Positions 1 to 9,013 of a DNA stretch of 38,308 nucleotides are shown piece after piece. The notes under the pieces are model-generated. The model made no database searches, was not told the origin of the DNA, and saw nothing but the letters and a program-made list of their open reading frames with translations. The translations under genes and the position numbers were made by a program. Positions within the stretch are counted from its first letter, which is position 1. Each line of letters begins with the position of its first letter. Origin of the DNA: Actinomycetes bacterium (GTDB lineage Bacteria; Actinomycetota; Actinomycetes; S36-B12; GCA-2699445). The stretch spans positions 1 through 38,308 of the forward strand of contig JAHZKU010000228.1 in assembly GCA_022600255.1 (NCBI GenBank), in the 5' to 3' direction.

Positions 1-874
1 CAGCTTGCACGGCCCCATCGTCCAATATGACCGCACCCGCAACATTCGCGGAGTGACGCAACCACAGAAGTCTGCTTGGCACCCGTTTGCCGGTTACATG
101 GAAATATGTCCCGATTGCCTCACCTGTCAGCGCCGCGGCGGCACTAGAACTCTGGGCAAGCAGCACAGGAACACCCGCACCCGTTGCGATCCGCGCGGCC
201 GCCACTTTGGTCTTCATGCCCCCGCTGCCGACCCCCACAGCCCCAATGCCACCGGCCTCGACACCAGCCAGATCAGCGTCAGAAAAGACGTCGGAAATCT
301 GCCTGGCCTCGCGGCGGTTTGGGGGTTGATCGAACAGGCCAGAGACATCGCTGAGCAGCACAAGGGCGTCGGCGTGCACGAGATGCGAGACCAGTGCGGC
401 CAATCGGTCGTTGTCCCCAAACCGAATCTCGTGGGTGGCCACGGTGTCGTTCTCGTTCACGATCGGAACCACACCAAGTTCCAACAGTCGGTACAGGGTT
501 CGTTGGGCATTGCGATAGTGCGAACGGCGAATCATGTCCTCAGCGGTGAGCAGGACTTGCCCAACCGCCAAGCCGCGCGCTGCGAAGGCGGCGTCGTAGG
601 CCGCCAATAGTGCCCCCTGACCAACACTGGCCGCCGCTTGCTGGGTGGCCAAGTCGGCTGGCCGCTTCTTCAGCCCCAACACCGGAAGTGCTGCGGCAAT
701 GGCACCACTGGTGACAACAACAACTTGCCGGTTGTCCTCGATCACATCCGCGAGGGCCGTTACCAGCCTGCGAACCGTGGCCACATCTAACGCACCATTT
801 CGGTCAGTCAGCGACGACGATCCGATCTTGACCACAACGCGCTTTGCCTGCCCGAAAGGGCTGCGATCCTGCAC
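1..874 (-). CDS. proB: Glutamate 5-kinase, C-terminal part cut off by the left window edge
   Basis: Absent from the ORF track because it runs off the edge. Hand translation of the minus strand from GTG (874-872) gives VQDRSPFGQAKRVVVKIGSSSLTD..VVVVTSGAIAAA..IVNENDTVATHEIRFGDNDRLAALV..GGMKTKVAAARIATGAGVPVLL, typical amino-acid-kinase/ProB motifs. It starts 3 nt after the obg stop, matching the conserved obg-proB order. Confidence 0.9.
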   Translation of the reverse strand, partial: MQDRSPFGQAKRVVVKIGSSSLTDRNGALDVATVRRLVTALADVIEDNRQVVVVTSGAIAAALPVLGLKKRPADLATQQAAASVGQGALLAAYDAAFAARGLAVGQVLLTAEDMIRRSHYRNAQRTLYRLLELGVVPIVNENDTVATHEIRFGDNDRLAALVSHLVHADALVLLSDVSGLFDQPPNRREARQISDVFSDADLAGVEAGGIGAVGVGSGGMKTKVAAARIATGAGVPVLLAQSSSAAAALTGEAIGTYFHVTGKRVPSRLLWLRHSANVAGAVILDDGAVQA

Positions 875-877
875 GCT

Positions 878-2227
878 TTACCCCATCCGCCGGTCAGTGC
901 CGCGCGGGCTGGCTTCCTTGTCTTCGCCTGCCGGAATCGTGGGTTCCCAATCAAAAGCAACGGCATTGTCCTTGGGACCGATGATCACCGTGCAACCGGC
1001 CGTTGCCCCCAACTTCAACAGTTCTTCCTCAACGCCCAACCGAGCCAACCGGTCCGCTAGGTATCCGACGGCCTCATCGTTGCCGAAGTCGGTCTGGGCG
1101 ACCCAGCGCTCTGGCCGCGACCCGGTAACGACGTAACCATCTGGGCCCAGTTTGACCGTGAACTCCGACTGATCCACCGGCTTGGGTCGCAACACCACCC
1201 GAGGAGCGCCGGATATGGCCCGGGGAGCGGCTGCGATCACTTGCGCCAACGCAAATTTGAGGGGACGCAACCCTTCGTGGGTGGCGGCACTGATCTCAAA
1301 GACCGGCCAACCGCGGGCTTCAATCTCTGGTCGCACCATCTCGGCAATATCCGCAGCCTCGGGCACGTCCACCTTGTTCAGCGCCACGATTCTTGGGCGG
1401 TCTGCGAACCCGCCATATTCGGCAAGTTCGGTCTCCATGGCCGCCAGATCTGCGATCGGGTCTCGACCGGGTTCTTCGTTGGCACAGTCCACAACATGCA
1501 CAATCACCGAGCAACGCTCGATGTGACGCAGGAACTCAAGTCCGAGACCCTTGCCCTGGCTGGCCCCCGGGATCAGCCCGGGTACGTCGGCAATCGTGAA
1601 CTTGGTGTCGTCGGCATCCACCACGCCCAGATGGGGGACGAGGGTCGTGAACGGGTAGTCGGCAATCTTGGGTTTGGCTGCGGACAACGCGGCGATCAGG
1701 CTGGACTTGCCCGCACTGGGGAACCCCACCAACGCAGCATCGGCGACCGTTTTGAGTTCGAGGTCGAGTTCCAGGAACTCGCCTTCTTCCCCTAACAGCG
1801 CGAAACCGGGCGCCTTGCGCCGCTTTGAGGCTAGGGCGGCGTTTCCTAACCCGCCACGGCCACCGGCAGCCAGCACAAACGTCGTACCGGCACCGGTCAG
1901 GTCGGCGAGTTCCTCGCCGTGCCTATCAACAACAACAGTGCCATCGGGCACGCTCAGAACGAGATCCTCGCCATCCGCACCGGCCCGGTTCCCACCTTTG
2001 CCGGGTTCGCCCTTCGGGGCGTTCAGATGGGGTCGTCGCTGCAGGTCAAGCAGGGTTGACGTGCTGGGATCCACCACCAGGATGATGGAACCGCCCTGAC
2101 CGCCGTTTCCGCCGTCTGGGCCGCCCAGTGGTTTGAACTTTTCGCGGTGCACAGAGGTGCACCCGTTGCCGCCATTACCAGCCTGCGCGTAGAGGTGTAC
2201 CCGATCGATAAAAGTAGGGGTCGCCAT
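878..2227 (-). CDS. obg: GTPase Obg/CgtA
   Basis: 449-aa ORF. N-terminal Gly-rich Obg fold ([30 protein letters not shown]), G1 motif [10 protein letters not shown], and a C-terminal TGS-like extension. Lies downstream of rpmA. Confidence 0.97.
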   Translation of the reverse strand: MATPTFIDRVHLYAQAGNGGNGCTSVHREKFKPLGGPDGGNGGQGGSIILVVDPSTSTLLDLQRRPHLNAPKGEPGKGGNRAGADGEDLVLSVPDGTVVVDRHGEELADLTGAGTTFVLAAGGRGGLGNAALASKRRKAPGFALLGEEGEFLELDLELKTVADAALVGFPSAGKSSLIAALSAAKPKIADYPFTTLVPHLGVVDADDTKFTIADVPGLIPGASQGKGLGLEFLRHIERCSVIVHVVDCANEEPGRDPIADLAAMETELAEYGGFADRPRIVALNKVDVPEAADIAEMVRPEIEARGWPVFEISAATHEGLRPLKFALAQVIAAAPRAISGAPRVVLRPKPVDQSEFTVKLGPDGYVVTGSRPERWVAQTDFGNDEAVGYLADRLARLGVEEELLKLGATAGCTVIIGPKDNAVAFDWEPTIPAGEDKEASPRGTDRRMG

Positions 2228-2265
2228 GGGGACCTCAGGTGGTTCCTAGACCGGCCAGCGGCTCG

Positions 2266-2520
2266 TTACGCCTCAACCAGAACGTTAATGACGCGCCGGC
2301 CCCGGCGGGTGCCGAAGTCAACCACACCAGCCTGCAGTGCGAAAAGCGTGTCGTCGCCACCGCGGCCGACATTGTCGCCGGGGTGGAAGTGGGTGCCGTT
2401 CTGCCGCAGGATGATCTCGCCAGCATTCACCTGTTGTCCACCGAATCGCTTCACACCGAGGCGTTTTGCGTTCGAATCCCGACCGTTGCGCGTGGACGCC
2501 GCGCCCTTCTTGTGTGCCAT
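2266..2520 (-). CDS. rpmA: 50S ribosomal protein L27
   Basis: 84 aa, [29 protein letters not shown]... is the canonical L27 N-terminus. Confidence 0.98.
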   Translation of the reverse strand: MAHKKGAASTRNGRDSNAKRLGVKRFGGQQVNAGEIILRQNGTHFHPGDNVGRGGDDTLFALQAGVVDFGTRRGRRVINVLVEA

Positions 2521-2523
2521 GGT

Positions 2524-2838
2524 TCAGTTTCCTGTCTCGATCGCGGTAACGCGCAGTCGGGTCAAGTCCTGTCGGTGACCCTGGCGGCGCTTGTAGCCGG
2601 TCTTGTTCTTGTAGTGCTGGATGTGAATCTTTGGACCCCGGAAGTGCTCCACAACCTCAGCGTCAATGCTGACTTTGGCGAGCTCCTCAGGGCTACTGGT
2701 CACGGCGCCGTCGGCCACCACGAGGACAGCGGGCAGGGACACGCTGCTGCCTAGATCATCTTTGAGGCGATTGATCTCAATCTGATCGCCCACGGCGACT
2801 TTCTCTTGTCGGCCGCCGGCCTTAACGATCGCGTACAC
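2524..2838 (-). CDS. rplU: 50S ribosomal protein L21
   Basis: 104 aa, MYAIVKAGGRQEKVAVGD... GTG start at 2838-2836 preceded by GAGGGAG. 3 nt upstream of rpmA. Confidence 0.97.
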   Translation of the reverse strand: MYAIVKAGGRQEKVAVGDQIEINRLKDDLGSSVSLPAVLVVADGAVTSSPEELAKVSIDAEVVEHFRGPKIHIQHYKNKTGYKRRQGHRQDLTRLRVTAIETGN

Positions 2839-2999
2839 GCCCAGCTCCCTCTTCAGCCACTTTTCGTGGCGGTCTTGTCCAACTCTTCAGCTACTTGCGT
2901 GGCTGACCTATCTGCCAGGGACGCGTGAACGCGAACGCTGGCCACAACTAAACACTGCGGCTTATGGCCTGCAACCAAGCCTGGTCTGCCGACGGACCC

Positions 3000-3111
3000 A
3001 CAGTTGCTGATCCGAAGGGCACCTACTCGGGTGATCCATCAGAGCGACTGTCGCCCAACCTACTTGAGCGAACTTCCGTGCTGCCAGACCGACAGTTTTG
3101 CTGATCCGAAG
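3000..3111 (-). repeat. Direct repeat ACAGTT(TT)GCTGATCCGAAG, two copies (3000-3017 and 3092-3111), inside the 408-nt rne-rplU spacer
   Basis: Read directly. TTGCTGATCCGAAG is identical at 3004-3017 and 3098-3111, and both copies are preceded by ACAGTT. Function unknown. The strand shown is that of the flanking genes. Confidence 0.6.
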
Positions 3112-3246
3112 AATCACTCAGGCGCTCCCGGAACCATCCGACACTACTGGAACGAATGGCCTGGAAATCACCAGGAACCTGGCGTGAACCCTTCAGTGCA
3201 AACACACCGAACTCTAATCTACGGAGTCCGTTCCCCAGCGTCAAAC

Positions 3247-5526
3247 TCAGCCCTGGTTGGTCTCACCCGCATCAGCACCCGATTCCCCGGCGTGCTCCTG
3301 CACAGTGGCCTCGTCGCTTGTGCTTGCCCCGCTGCTCTGGCTACCCAGATTGTCCTGACGACCAGCGCTGTCCGCGTCCTGGTCAGCCTTGCCGGACTCT
3401 GGTTGGTCTGGTGACGGCTTGGCCGGTTGGTCCTGACCGCCCTCGGTGTCCTGGTCGCCACCGTCTGAGTCAGTGGCCGCGCGCGCGGCCACTTCTGCCG
3501 GATCGTGCGCCCCTGGTGGACGAGCGGCCCGTCGGCGTTCTGTTGGCTTGTGCTCCACAGGCATGGAGTGAACTTTCTCACCACGACCGTTGCAGCAGTC
3601 GCACGGCTCGCTGAAGGTCTCCATCAGGCCTTGTCCGATCCGCTTGCGCGTCATTTGCACTAGCCCCAGGGAACTAATCTCGGCAACCTGATGCCGGGTG
3701 CGGTCGCGGCCAAGACACTCCACGAGACGGCGGACCACCAAGTCCCGGTTGTTTTCCAGAACCATGTCAATGAAGTCGACCACAATGATGCCGCCAACAT
3801 CTCTGAGCCGCAGTTGGCGAACCACCTCTTCGGCTGCTTCGAGATTGTTCTTGGTAACAGTCTCTTCCAAGTTGCCGCCCTGCCCGACGAAGCGGCCAGT
3901 GTTAACGTCCACGACCGTCATGGCCTCGGTACGGTCAATGACTAGCGATCCCCCGGACGGCAGGTAGACCTTGCGATCCAAGGCTTTGGCCAATTGTTCG
4001 TCGATGCGATGCGCCGCGAAGATGTCGTCCGAATCGGTCCAGTGCTGCACACGTTCGGACAATGACGGAGCATTGTCAGCCACATAGGCGTTGAGCGTCT
4101 CCCAGATCTCATCACCGCTGACGATCAAGGACTTGAAGTCAGAGTTGAAGATGTCTCGGACAACCCGAAGCGCCAGGTCAGGTTCGCTGTGGAGCGGCGC
4201 GGGGGCCTTGGCCGACTTTGCTTTCTCGTTCAGCTGGTTCCAGTTCTTGTGGAGCACCTCCACATCACGAGCTAGGTCTTCCTCAGAAGCACCCTCAGCC
4301 GCGGTTCGCACAATGACACCAAAACCATCGGGCACGACCTCTTTGAGGACCGCCCGCAACCGGGAGCGCTCCTTAACAGGAAGTTTTCGACTGATGCCGG
4401 TCACCGATCCATCGGGCACCAGCACCACAAAGCGGCCAGGCAACGAGATCTGGCTCGTGAGACGTGCGCCTTTATGACCAACCGGGTCTTTGGTGACCTG
4501 AACCAAGACTTCGTCCCCAGAGGAGAGTGCTTGTTCAATGCGCTTCGGTTGACCCTCGAGGCCAGCGGCATCCCAGTTCACTTCACCGGCGTACAGGACG
4601 GCGTTGCGACCGCGACCGATATCGACAAACGCGGCTTCCATCGAAGGTAGGACGTTCTGCACACGCCCCAAGTAGACATTGCCGACCTGTGAGCTGGCCG
4701 TGGCCTTGTTGACGTAGTGCTCCACGAGAACGTCGTCCTCGAGCACCGCGATTTGGGTCAGTTTGCCTTGCTGGCGCACCACCATGGTGCGTTCCACCGA
4801 CTCGCGCCGGGCGAGAAATTCCGCCTCGGATAGCACGGGAGCACGACGGCGCCCGGACTCTCGGCCTTCGCGGCGGCGCTGCCGCTTCGCTTCCATCCGG
4901 GTGGAACCTTTAACGGCGGTGACTTCGTCTGAGCCCGAGCCGCCGCCCCGTTTGCGGGCCTGACCACCCTCATCATCACGGCGGCGGCGTCGGCGGCGCC
5001 GTTTGCCGCCATCGCCATCGCCATCACCGTCACTGCCGGTATCGGCTTCGTCGGGCCCGGCCGCAGCGTCCTCATCCTTGTTTTGCTGCTTGTTGCCCTT
5101 CTTGCCTTTGTTTCCGCCGCCCTTGCCGCCGGACTTTCCGCCCGACTTGCCACCGGGACTCTTGGACTTGTCTTTGTTCCCGTCCTGCTTTTGACTGCGG
5201 CGGGGTGGCCGCTCGTCGCCGGTGTCTGCGGCGCCATCGGCCCCTGCATCGTGATCGGATTCTGAGTGAGATTCTGGCACCTGCGGCGGAGGCTGAAACA
5301 GCAGCGCACCCGTGCCGGGGGCACCAGGTTTTTCGGCCTTCGCAGTCTCTGGCGGCTTCGCCGAATTGGCTTCTGGCTCCTTGGCCGCCGAGCCGGCAGC
5401 AGAAAAGGAGACAGCAGGGCCAGCCGCTCGTTTCGCGGTGCGCCGCGGTCGTTTGGGACGACTTGGCTGGGTGGCAGTCTGCTGATCGGTTGGAGTCTCC
5501 GGGCCTGATTCTTCTTCGTCGAGCAT
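3247..5526 (-). CDS. rne: Ribonuclease E/G family endoribonuclease with Arg/Lys-rich N-terminal and acidic C-terminal disordered regions
   Basis: 759 aa. S1 domain plus catalytic core (VGNVYLGRVQNVLPSMEAAFVDIGRGRNAVLY..GGIIVVDFIDM..CxxCxGRG zinc link), flanked by low-complexity segments (GGKSGGKSGGKGGGNKGKKGNK, RRRRRRRR). ATG at 5526 with an AAGGGA SD. Confidence 0.95.
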   Translation of the reverse strand: MLDEEESGPETPTDQQTATQPSRPKRPRRTAKRAAGPAVSFSAAGSAAKEPEANSAKPPETAKAEKPGAPGTGALLFQPPPQVPESHSESDHDAGADGAADTGDERPPRRSQKQDGNKDKSKSPGGKSGGKSGGKGGGNKGKKGNKQQNKDEDAAAGPDEADTGSDGDGDGDGGKRRRRRRRRDDEGGQARKRGGGSGSDEVTAVKGSTRMEAKRQRRREGRESGRRRAPVLSEAEFLARRESVERTMVVRQQGKLTQIAVLEDDVLVEHYVNKATASSQVGNVYLGRVQNVLPSMEAAFVDIGRGRNAVLYAGEVNWDAAGLEGQPKRIEQALSSGDEVLVQVTKDPVGHKGARLTSQISLPGRFVVLVPDGSVTGISRKLPVKERSRLRAVLKEVVPDGFGVIVRTAAEGASEEDLARDVEVLHKNWNQLNEKAKSAKAPAPLHSEPDLALRVVRDIFNSDFKSLIVSGDEIWETLNAYVADNAPSLSERVQHWTDSDDIFAAHRIDEQLAKALDRKVYLPSGGSLVIDRTEAMTVVDVNTGRFVGQGGNLEETVTKNNLEAAEEVVRQLRLRDVGGIIVVDFIDMVLENNRDLVVRRLVECLGRDRTRHQVAEISSLGLVQMTRKRIGQGLMETFSEPCDCCNGRGEKVHSMPVEHKPTERRRAARPPGAHDPAEVAARAATDSDGGDQDTEGGQDQPAKPSPDQPESGKADQDADSAGRQDNLGSQSSGASTSDEATVQEHAGESGADAGETNQG

Positions 5527-5571
5527 ATGCTCGATCCCTTCACGGCTTCCGGCGCAATACCTAGACGAAGC

Positions 5572-6360
5572 CTACGTTGGCGGATCAGCCGCGGCCGATC
5601 CGAAAGCTTGTTCGTCGACGTCCTTGTCTCTCGCCAATGGATCGCCGGGAAAGCCCGACGACTCCCGCAGGGGACCCTGCGCCAGCCGCGTAATCAATGC
5701 GGTCGTGGGCGGATCCAGATCCGTGCGTTCTACGAGAACGGACAGGATGTCGTCCGGTCGCACGGCAGGAATTTGGTGCTGCACAACCACTCGCAGTATC
5801 GCACAAGTTTGCCCTGGTGCTGTGCTCCCCGACGAAACGGTGTGTGAGACCCAAGCCGACGACAGGTCTACGTCCTTGCGACCGGACTTGGTGATACGGG
5901 TGAACACAACGGGTCGCGCGGCCAGCAGCACCGCCAAGGCCGAGTCGAGTTCCGCGGGTTCGCTGCCAAACAACTCCAGCTGCCAGTGACTCACATGCAG
6001 TTGGTCGGCCAGCTTTCCGCCGCCCGCGGGAATAGCCTCCACGATGTCGAACCCGTCCGGCAGGGCTCTGCTGACGACCTCAGTGAGAAGCTGCGGATCC
6101 ACAGCAGTCCGCAGCCCAAGCTCAATGTATTCCGCATGACTGGCAGCTCCGGTTGGAGCCGCGTTGGCGTAGGAGATTCTGGGGCGCGGGGAGAATCCGC
6201 CGCTATAGGCGATTGGGACGTCGGCACGGCGAATGGCCCGCTCCAGCGATCGCTGAAAATCGCGGTGACTGGCGAAACGCATCCGACCTGTCTTGGTATA
6301 CCGGCACCGCAGCCGCTGGACCACCGGCTGGGCCTCGTTGGGAGGAACCCGCTTAGCCAT
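5572..6360 (-). CDS. Radical-SAM-associated protein (DUF2344 / TIGR03936-like), function unknown
   Basis: 262 aa. RLRCRYTKTGRMRFASHRDFQRSLERAIRRADVPIAYSGGFSPRPRISYANA matches my memory of the DUF2344 family that accompanies the upstream radical SAM protein. 8-nt overlap (ATGGCTAA) with that gene. Confidence 0.85.
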   Translation of the reverse strand: MAKRVPPNEAQPVVQRLRCRYTKTGRMRFASHRDFQRSLERAIRRADVPIAYSGGFSPRPRISYANAAPTGAASHAEYIELGLRTAVDPQLLTEVVSRALPDGFDIVEAIPAGGGKLADQLHVSHWQLELFGSEPAELDSALAVLLAARPVVFTRITKSGRKDVDLSSAWVSHTVSSGSTAPGQTCAILRVVVQHQIPAVRPDDILSVLVERTDLDPPTTALITRLAQGPLRESSGFPGDPLARDKDVDEQAFGSAAADPPT

Positions 6361-8320
6361 TGGTGCCCGCCCGCGCGACTGGGTCTAGGCTGCGTGCCGC
6401 GATCGACTCGTCCCACTCCTCGGCGCTTTGGTCGTGGGGGCCCACCTGGATCAACGTGTCCATCTGGTCACAGACGCCGCAGGCCGAGCATGGGGTCCAG
6501 CGGCAATCGCCCACTTCGTCCTCAGACAGAGCGTCTTGCCAGTCCTGCCAGAGCCAGTCTGCATCCAGACCAGAATCCAGATGGCCCCAGGGCAGGACTT
6601 CGGGGAGCGTGCGTTCCCGCTCGGTGAACCATTCCAAGGACACTGGCGTGTCAGCAAACACCTTGTCGGCGGCCTGCGCCCAACGGTCGTAGCTGAAGTG
6701 CTCACTCCAGCCATCGAAGCGACCACCTTGGGCCCAGACTTCTTCGATCACCTCAGCAACCCGACGATCGCCGCGCGCCAGCAATCCCTCGATGATGCCG
6801 GGCTTACCATCGTGGTATCGAAATCCAATGGCCTTCGCGTAGCTCCGGTCCGATCGGATCTCCTCGCGCAGAATCCGGAGCCGATGGTCAGTTTCCTCAG
6901 CGGACAACTGACCCGCCCACTGGAACGGGGTGTGCGGCTTGGGGACAAACCCGCCAATACTGACAGTGCACCGGATGTCGCGGCGTCCGGAAATCTCGCG
7001 GCCACGATCGATGACCGCTTTCGCCAGCCGGGCGATCTGAAGCACATCTTCGTCCGTCTCAGTTGGCAGCCCGCACATGAAGTAGAGCTTGACGTGGCGC
7101 CACCCACTCTCGTAGGCCGCCGAAACAGTGCGGATCAGGTCCTCTTCAGAAACCGTCTTGTTAATCACCTTCCGCAGCCGCTCGCTGCCGCCTTCGGGGG
7201 CGAAGGTCAGACCACTACGCCGACCATTTCGGGACAGTTCCTTAGCGAGTTCGACGTTGAAGGCGTCCACTCGGGTGCTGGGCAGACTCAACGAGGTCTG
7301 TGTGCCCTCATAGCGATCCGCGAGCCCGCTGGCCAGTTTGCCGATCTCGGAATGGTCGGCGCTGGACAAGCTCAACATGCCCACTTCGGCAAATCCGGTC
7401 TTATCCAAGCCGCTATCCACCATCTTGGCCACGGTGGCGGCGGATCTTTCCCTTACCGGCCGGGTGATCATCCCAGCCTGGCAAAACCGACAACCGCGGG
7501 TACAGCCTCGGAAGATCTCCACACTCATCCGCTCATGCACGGTTTCGGTGACCGGGACCACAGGCGCTTTCGGGTACGGCCACTCGTCCAAATCCAGCAA
7601 GGTGTGCTTGGCTACCTGCCATGGCACCCCACTCGCGTTCGGGACTACCCGCTCAATGTGGCCATCATCGCCATAACTGACCTCATACATCCCGGGTACA
7701 TAGACCACGCCAGACGCGCTCAGCTGCGCCAAGAGCCCGGTGCGACCACCCGGCCGCCCAGCATCTTGCCAGGCCAGGATCAGCTTGGACACCGCCAACA
7801 CGGCCTCTTCGCCGTCTCCGATGACAGCCGCGTCGATGAAAGGGGCGATCGGCTCGGGATTGAAAGCGGCATGGCCGCCCACGATGACCAAGGGGTGTTC
7901 GTCACGACGATCGGCCGCCCGCAGCGGAAGCCCCGCCAGATCAATCGTATTGAGCATGTTTGTGTAGCCCAGCTCCGTGGACAGGCTCACCCCAATGACG
8001 TCGAAGTCCGCCAGTGACCGGTGGCCATCCACGGTGAAGGCCGGCACCTGCGCCTCACGCATCAGCGCATCTAGGTCCGGCCAAACGGCGTAGGCGCGCT
8101 CAGCCAGGATTTCTGGCTGCTCATTCAGGACTTCATACAGGATCTGCACGCCCTGATTGGGTGATCCCACCTCGTAGGCGTCTGGGTAGAGCAACGCCCA
8201 ACGGAGCCTGGCAGATTCCCAGGGTGTGGTAATGGCGTTGACCTCACCGCCCACATATTGAATTGGCTTGTTGACGTTGCCAAGCAGTGGTTCCAACTGC
8301 GGAAACAGTGACGGACTCAC
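6353..8320 (-). CDS. B12-binding-domain radical SAM protein (TIGR03960-like), function unknown
   Basis: CxxxCxxC cluster motif RGCTRGCRFCQAG and an N-terminal B12-like domain (VIGVSLSTELGYTN). The track ORF extends to 8425. I prefer GTG at 8320 (SD GAGG 7 nt upstream; product starts VSPSLFPQLEPLLGNVNKPIQYVGGE) because the longer form would overlap the divergent gene. Confidence 0.9.
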   Translation of the reverse strand: MSPSLFPQLEPLLGNVNKPIQYVGGEVNAITTPWESARLRWALLYPDAYEVGSPNQGVQILYEVLNEQPEILAERAYAVWPDLDALMREAQVPAFTVDGHRSLADFDVIGVSLSTELGYTNMLNTIDLAGLPLRAADRRDEHPLVIVGGHAAFNPEPIAPFIDAAVIGDGEEAVLAVSKLILAWQDAGRPGGRTGLLAQLSASGVVYVPGMYEVSYGDDGHIERVVPNASGVPWQVAKHTLLDLDEWPYPKAPVVPVTETVHERMSVEIFRGCTRGCRFCQAGMITRPVRERSAATVAKMVDSGLDKTGFAEVGMLSLSSADHSEIGKLASGLADRYEGTQTSLSLPSTRVDAFNVELAKELSRNGRRSGLTFAPEGGSERLRKVINKTVSEEDLIRTVSAAYESGWRHVKLYFMCGLPTETDEDVLQIARLAKAVIDRGREISGRRDIRCTVSIGGFVPKPHTPFQWAGQLSAEETDHRLRILREEIRSDRSYAKAIGFRYHDGKPGIIEGLLARGDRRVAEVIEEVWAQGGRFDGWSEHFSYDRWAQAADKVFADTPVSLEWFTERERTLPEVLPWGHLDSGLDADWLWQDWQDALSEDEVGDCRWTPCSACGVCDQMDTLIQVGPHDQSAEEWDESIAARSLDPVARAGTNG

Positions 8321-8464
8321 AATCGACCTCAAGTCAGCGATAGGTGAAACAGTTTGCGTAAGTCTTAGGGTAAGCGGCGACGCGACGTATCGGACAATCC
8401 GGCAAACACACCGGCCATGACACACATCACGCGTATCTGCGGGAAATCGGGAAACAATAGGACG

Positions 8465-8992
8465 GTGAAGAGAATGGCGATCGCCGCAGCGGCCCTACCT
8501 GCGGCCCTCTTGTTGGGCAGCTGTGCTCTGCCGAACAGCTCGGCAGTCCCGGCCGAGTACGAAGGCGCTGTTCGCAAGGCGGCCAAGAGTTGCAAGGCAC
8601 TGAAACCCCACGTGGTGGCGGCCCAGATTGAGGCCGAGTCCGGCTGGGACCCCAACGCGATCTCCCGCCGCAACGCCCAAGGGATCGCCCAGTTCATCCC
8701 GAGCACCTGGGAGGCTTGGGGTCAGGACACAGACAAGAATGGGCTGGCATCGCCGTTCGACCCCAAGGATGCGATTGCCGCGCAAGGTCGGCTGATGTGC
8801 CACCTGATCGATCGCGCAGAATCTTCCAGTCTCACCCAGAACCCGGTGCGGCTTGCGCTTGCTGGCTACAACGCCGGGTGGGGTGCAGTGGAGGAACACC
8901 GTGGGATTCCGCCGTATCCCGAGACACAGGACTACGTCACCAAGATCTCCGACCGCGCCCCGGCCTATCGCAAAACCCTGCGCAACTCCTGA
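8465..8992 (+). CDS. Lytic transglycosylase (SLT domain) lipoprotein
   Basis: Signal peptide with lipobox (VKRMAIAAAALPAALLLGS-C). SLT motifs AAQIEAESGWDPNAIS, AQGIAQFIPSTW, LAGYNAGWGAV. Start is ambiguous (ATG 8417, GTG 8465, ATG 8474). Confidence 0.8.
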   Translation: MKRMAIAAAALPAALLLGSCALPNSSAVPAEYEGAVRKAAKSCKALKPHVVAAQIEAESGWDPNAISRRNAQGIAQFIPSTWEAWGQDTDKNGLASPFDPKDAIAAQGRLMCHLIDRAESSSLTQNPVRLALAGYNAGWGAVEEHRGIPPYPETQDYVTKISDRAPAYRKTLRNS

Positions 8993-9013
8993 CTGTGGGA
9001 TGTGCCTGTCAGC

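Noticed and set aside
5-1136. Plus-strand ORFs 5..610 (201 aa) and 645..1136 (163 aa)
   Set aside because: They are antisense shadows of proB and the obg 3' end. The products are Arg/Pro/Ala-rich nonsense, while the minus strand gives an unmistakable glutamate 5-kinase.
4758-5543. 261-aa alternative minus-strand frame inside rne
   Set aside because: It overlaps the low-complexity N-terminal region of RNase E in another frame. There is no independent start signal and the product is Arg/Pro-rich.
6428-8017. 529-aa plus-strand ORF
   Set aside because: It lies entirely antisense to the radical SAM gene, which has a clear CxxxCxxC motif. Long stop-free antisense frames are expected at this GC content.
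8321-8464. Possible c-di-AMP (ydaO-type) riboswitch upstream of the lytic transglycosylase gene, as seen before some actinobacterial cell-wall hydrolase genes
   Set aside because: I could not find the conserved ACGGGG/GGGGA/GAAUC-type blocks I remember, only a short CCGG hairpin. A cmscan would be needed to be sure.
8989-9012. Bidirectional terminator between the convergent transglycosylase and rodA genes
   Set aside because: Only a 5-bp stem (CTGAC/GTCAG) with a 14-nt loop, which is too weak to call.
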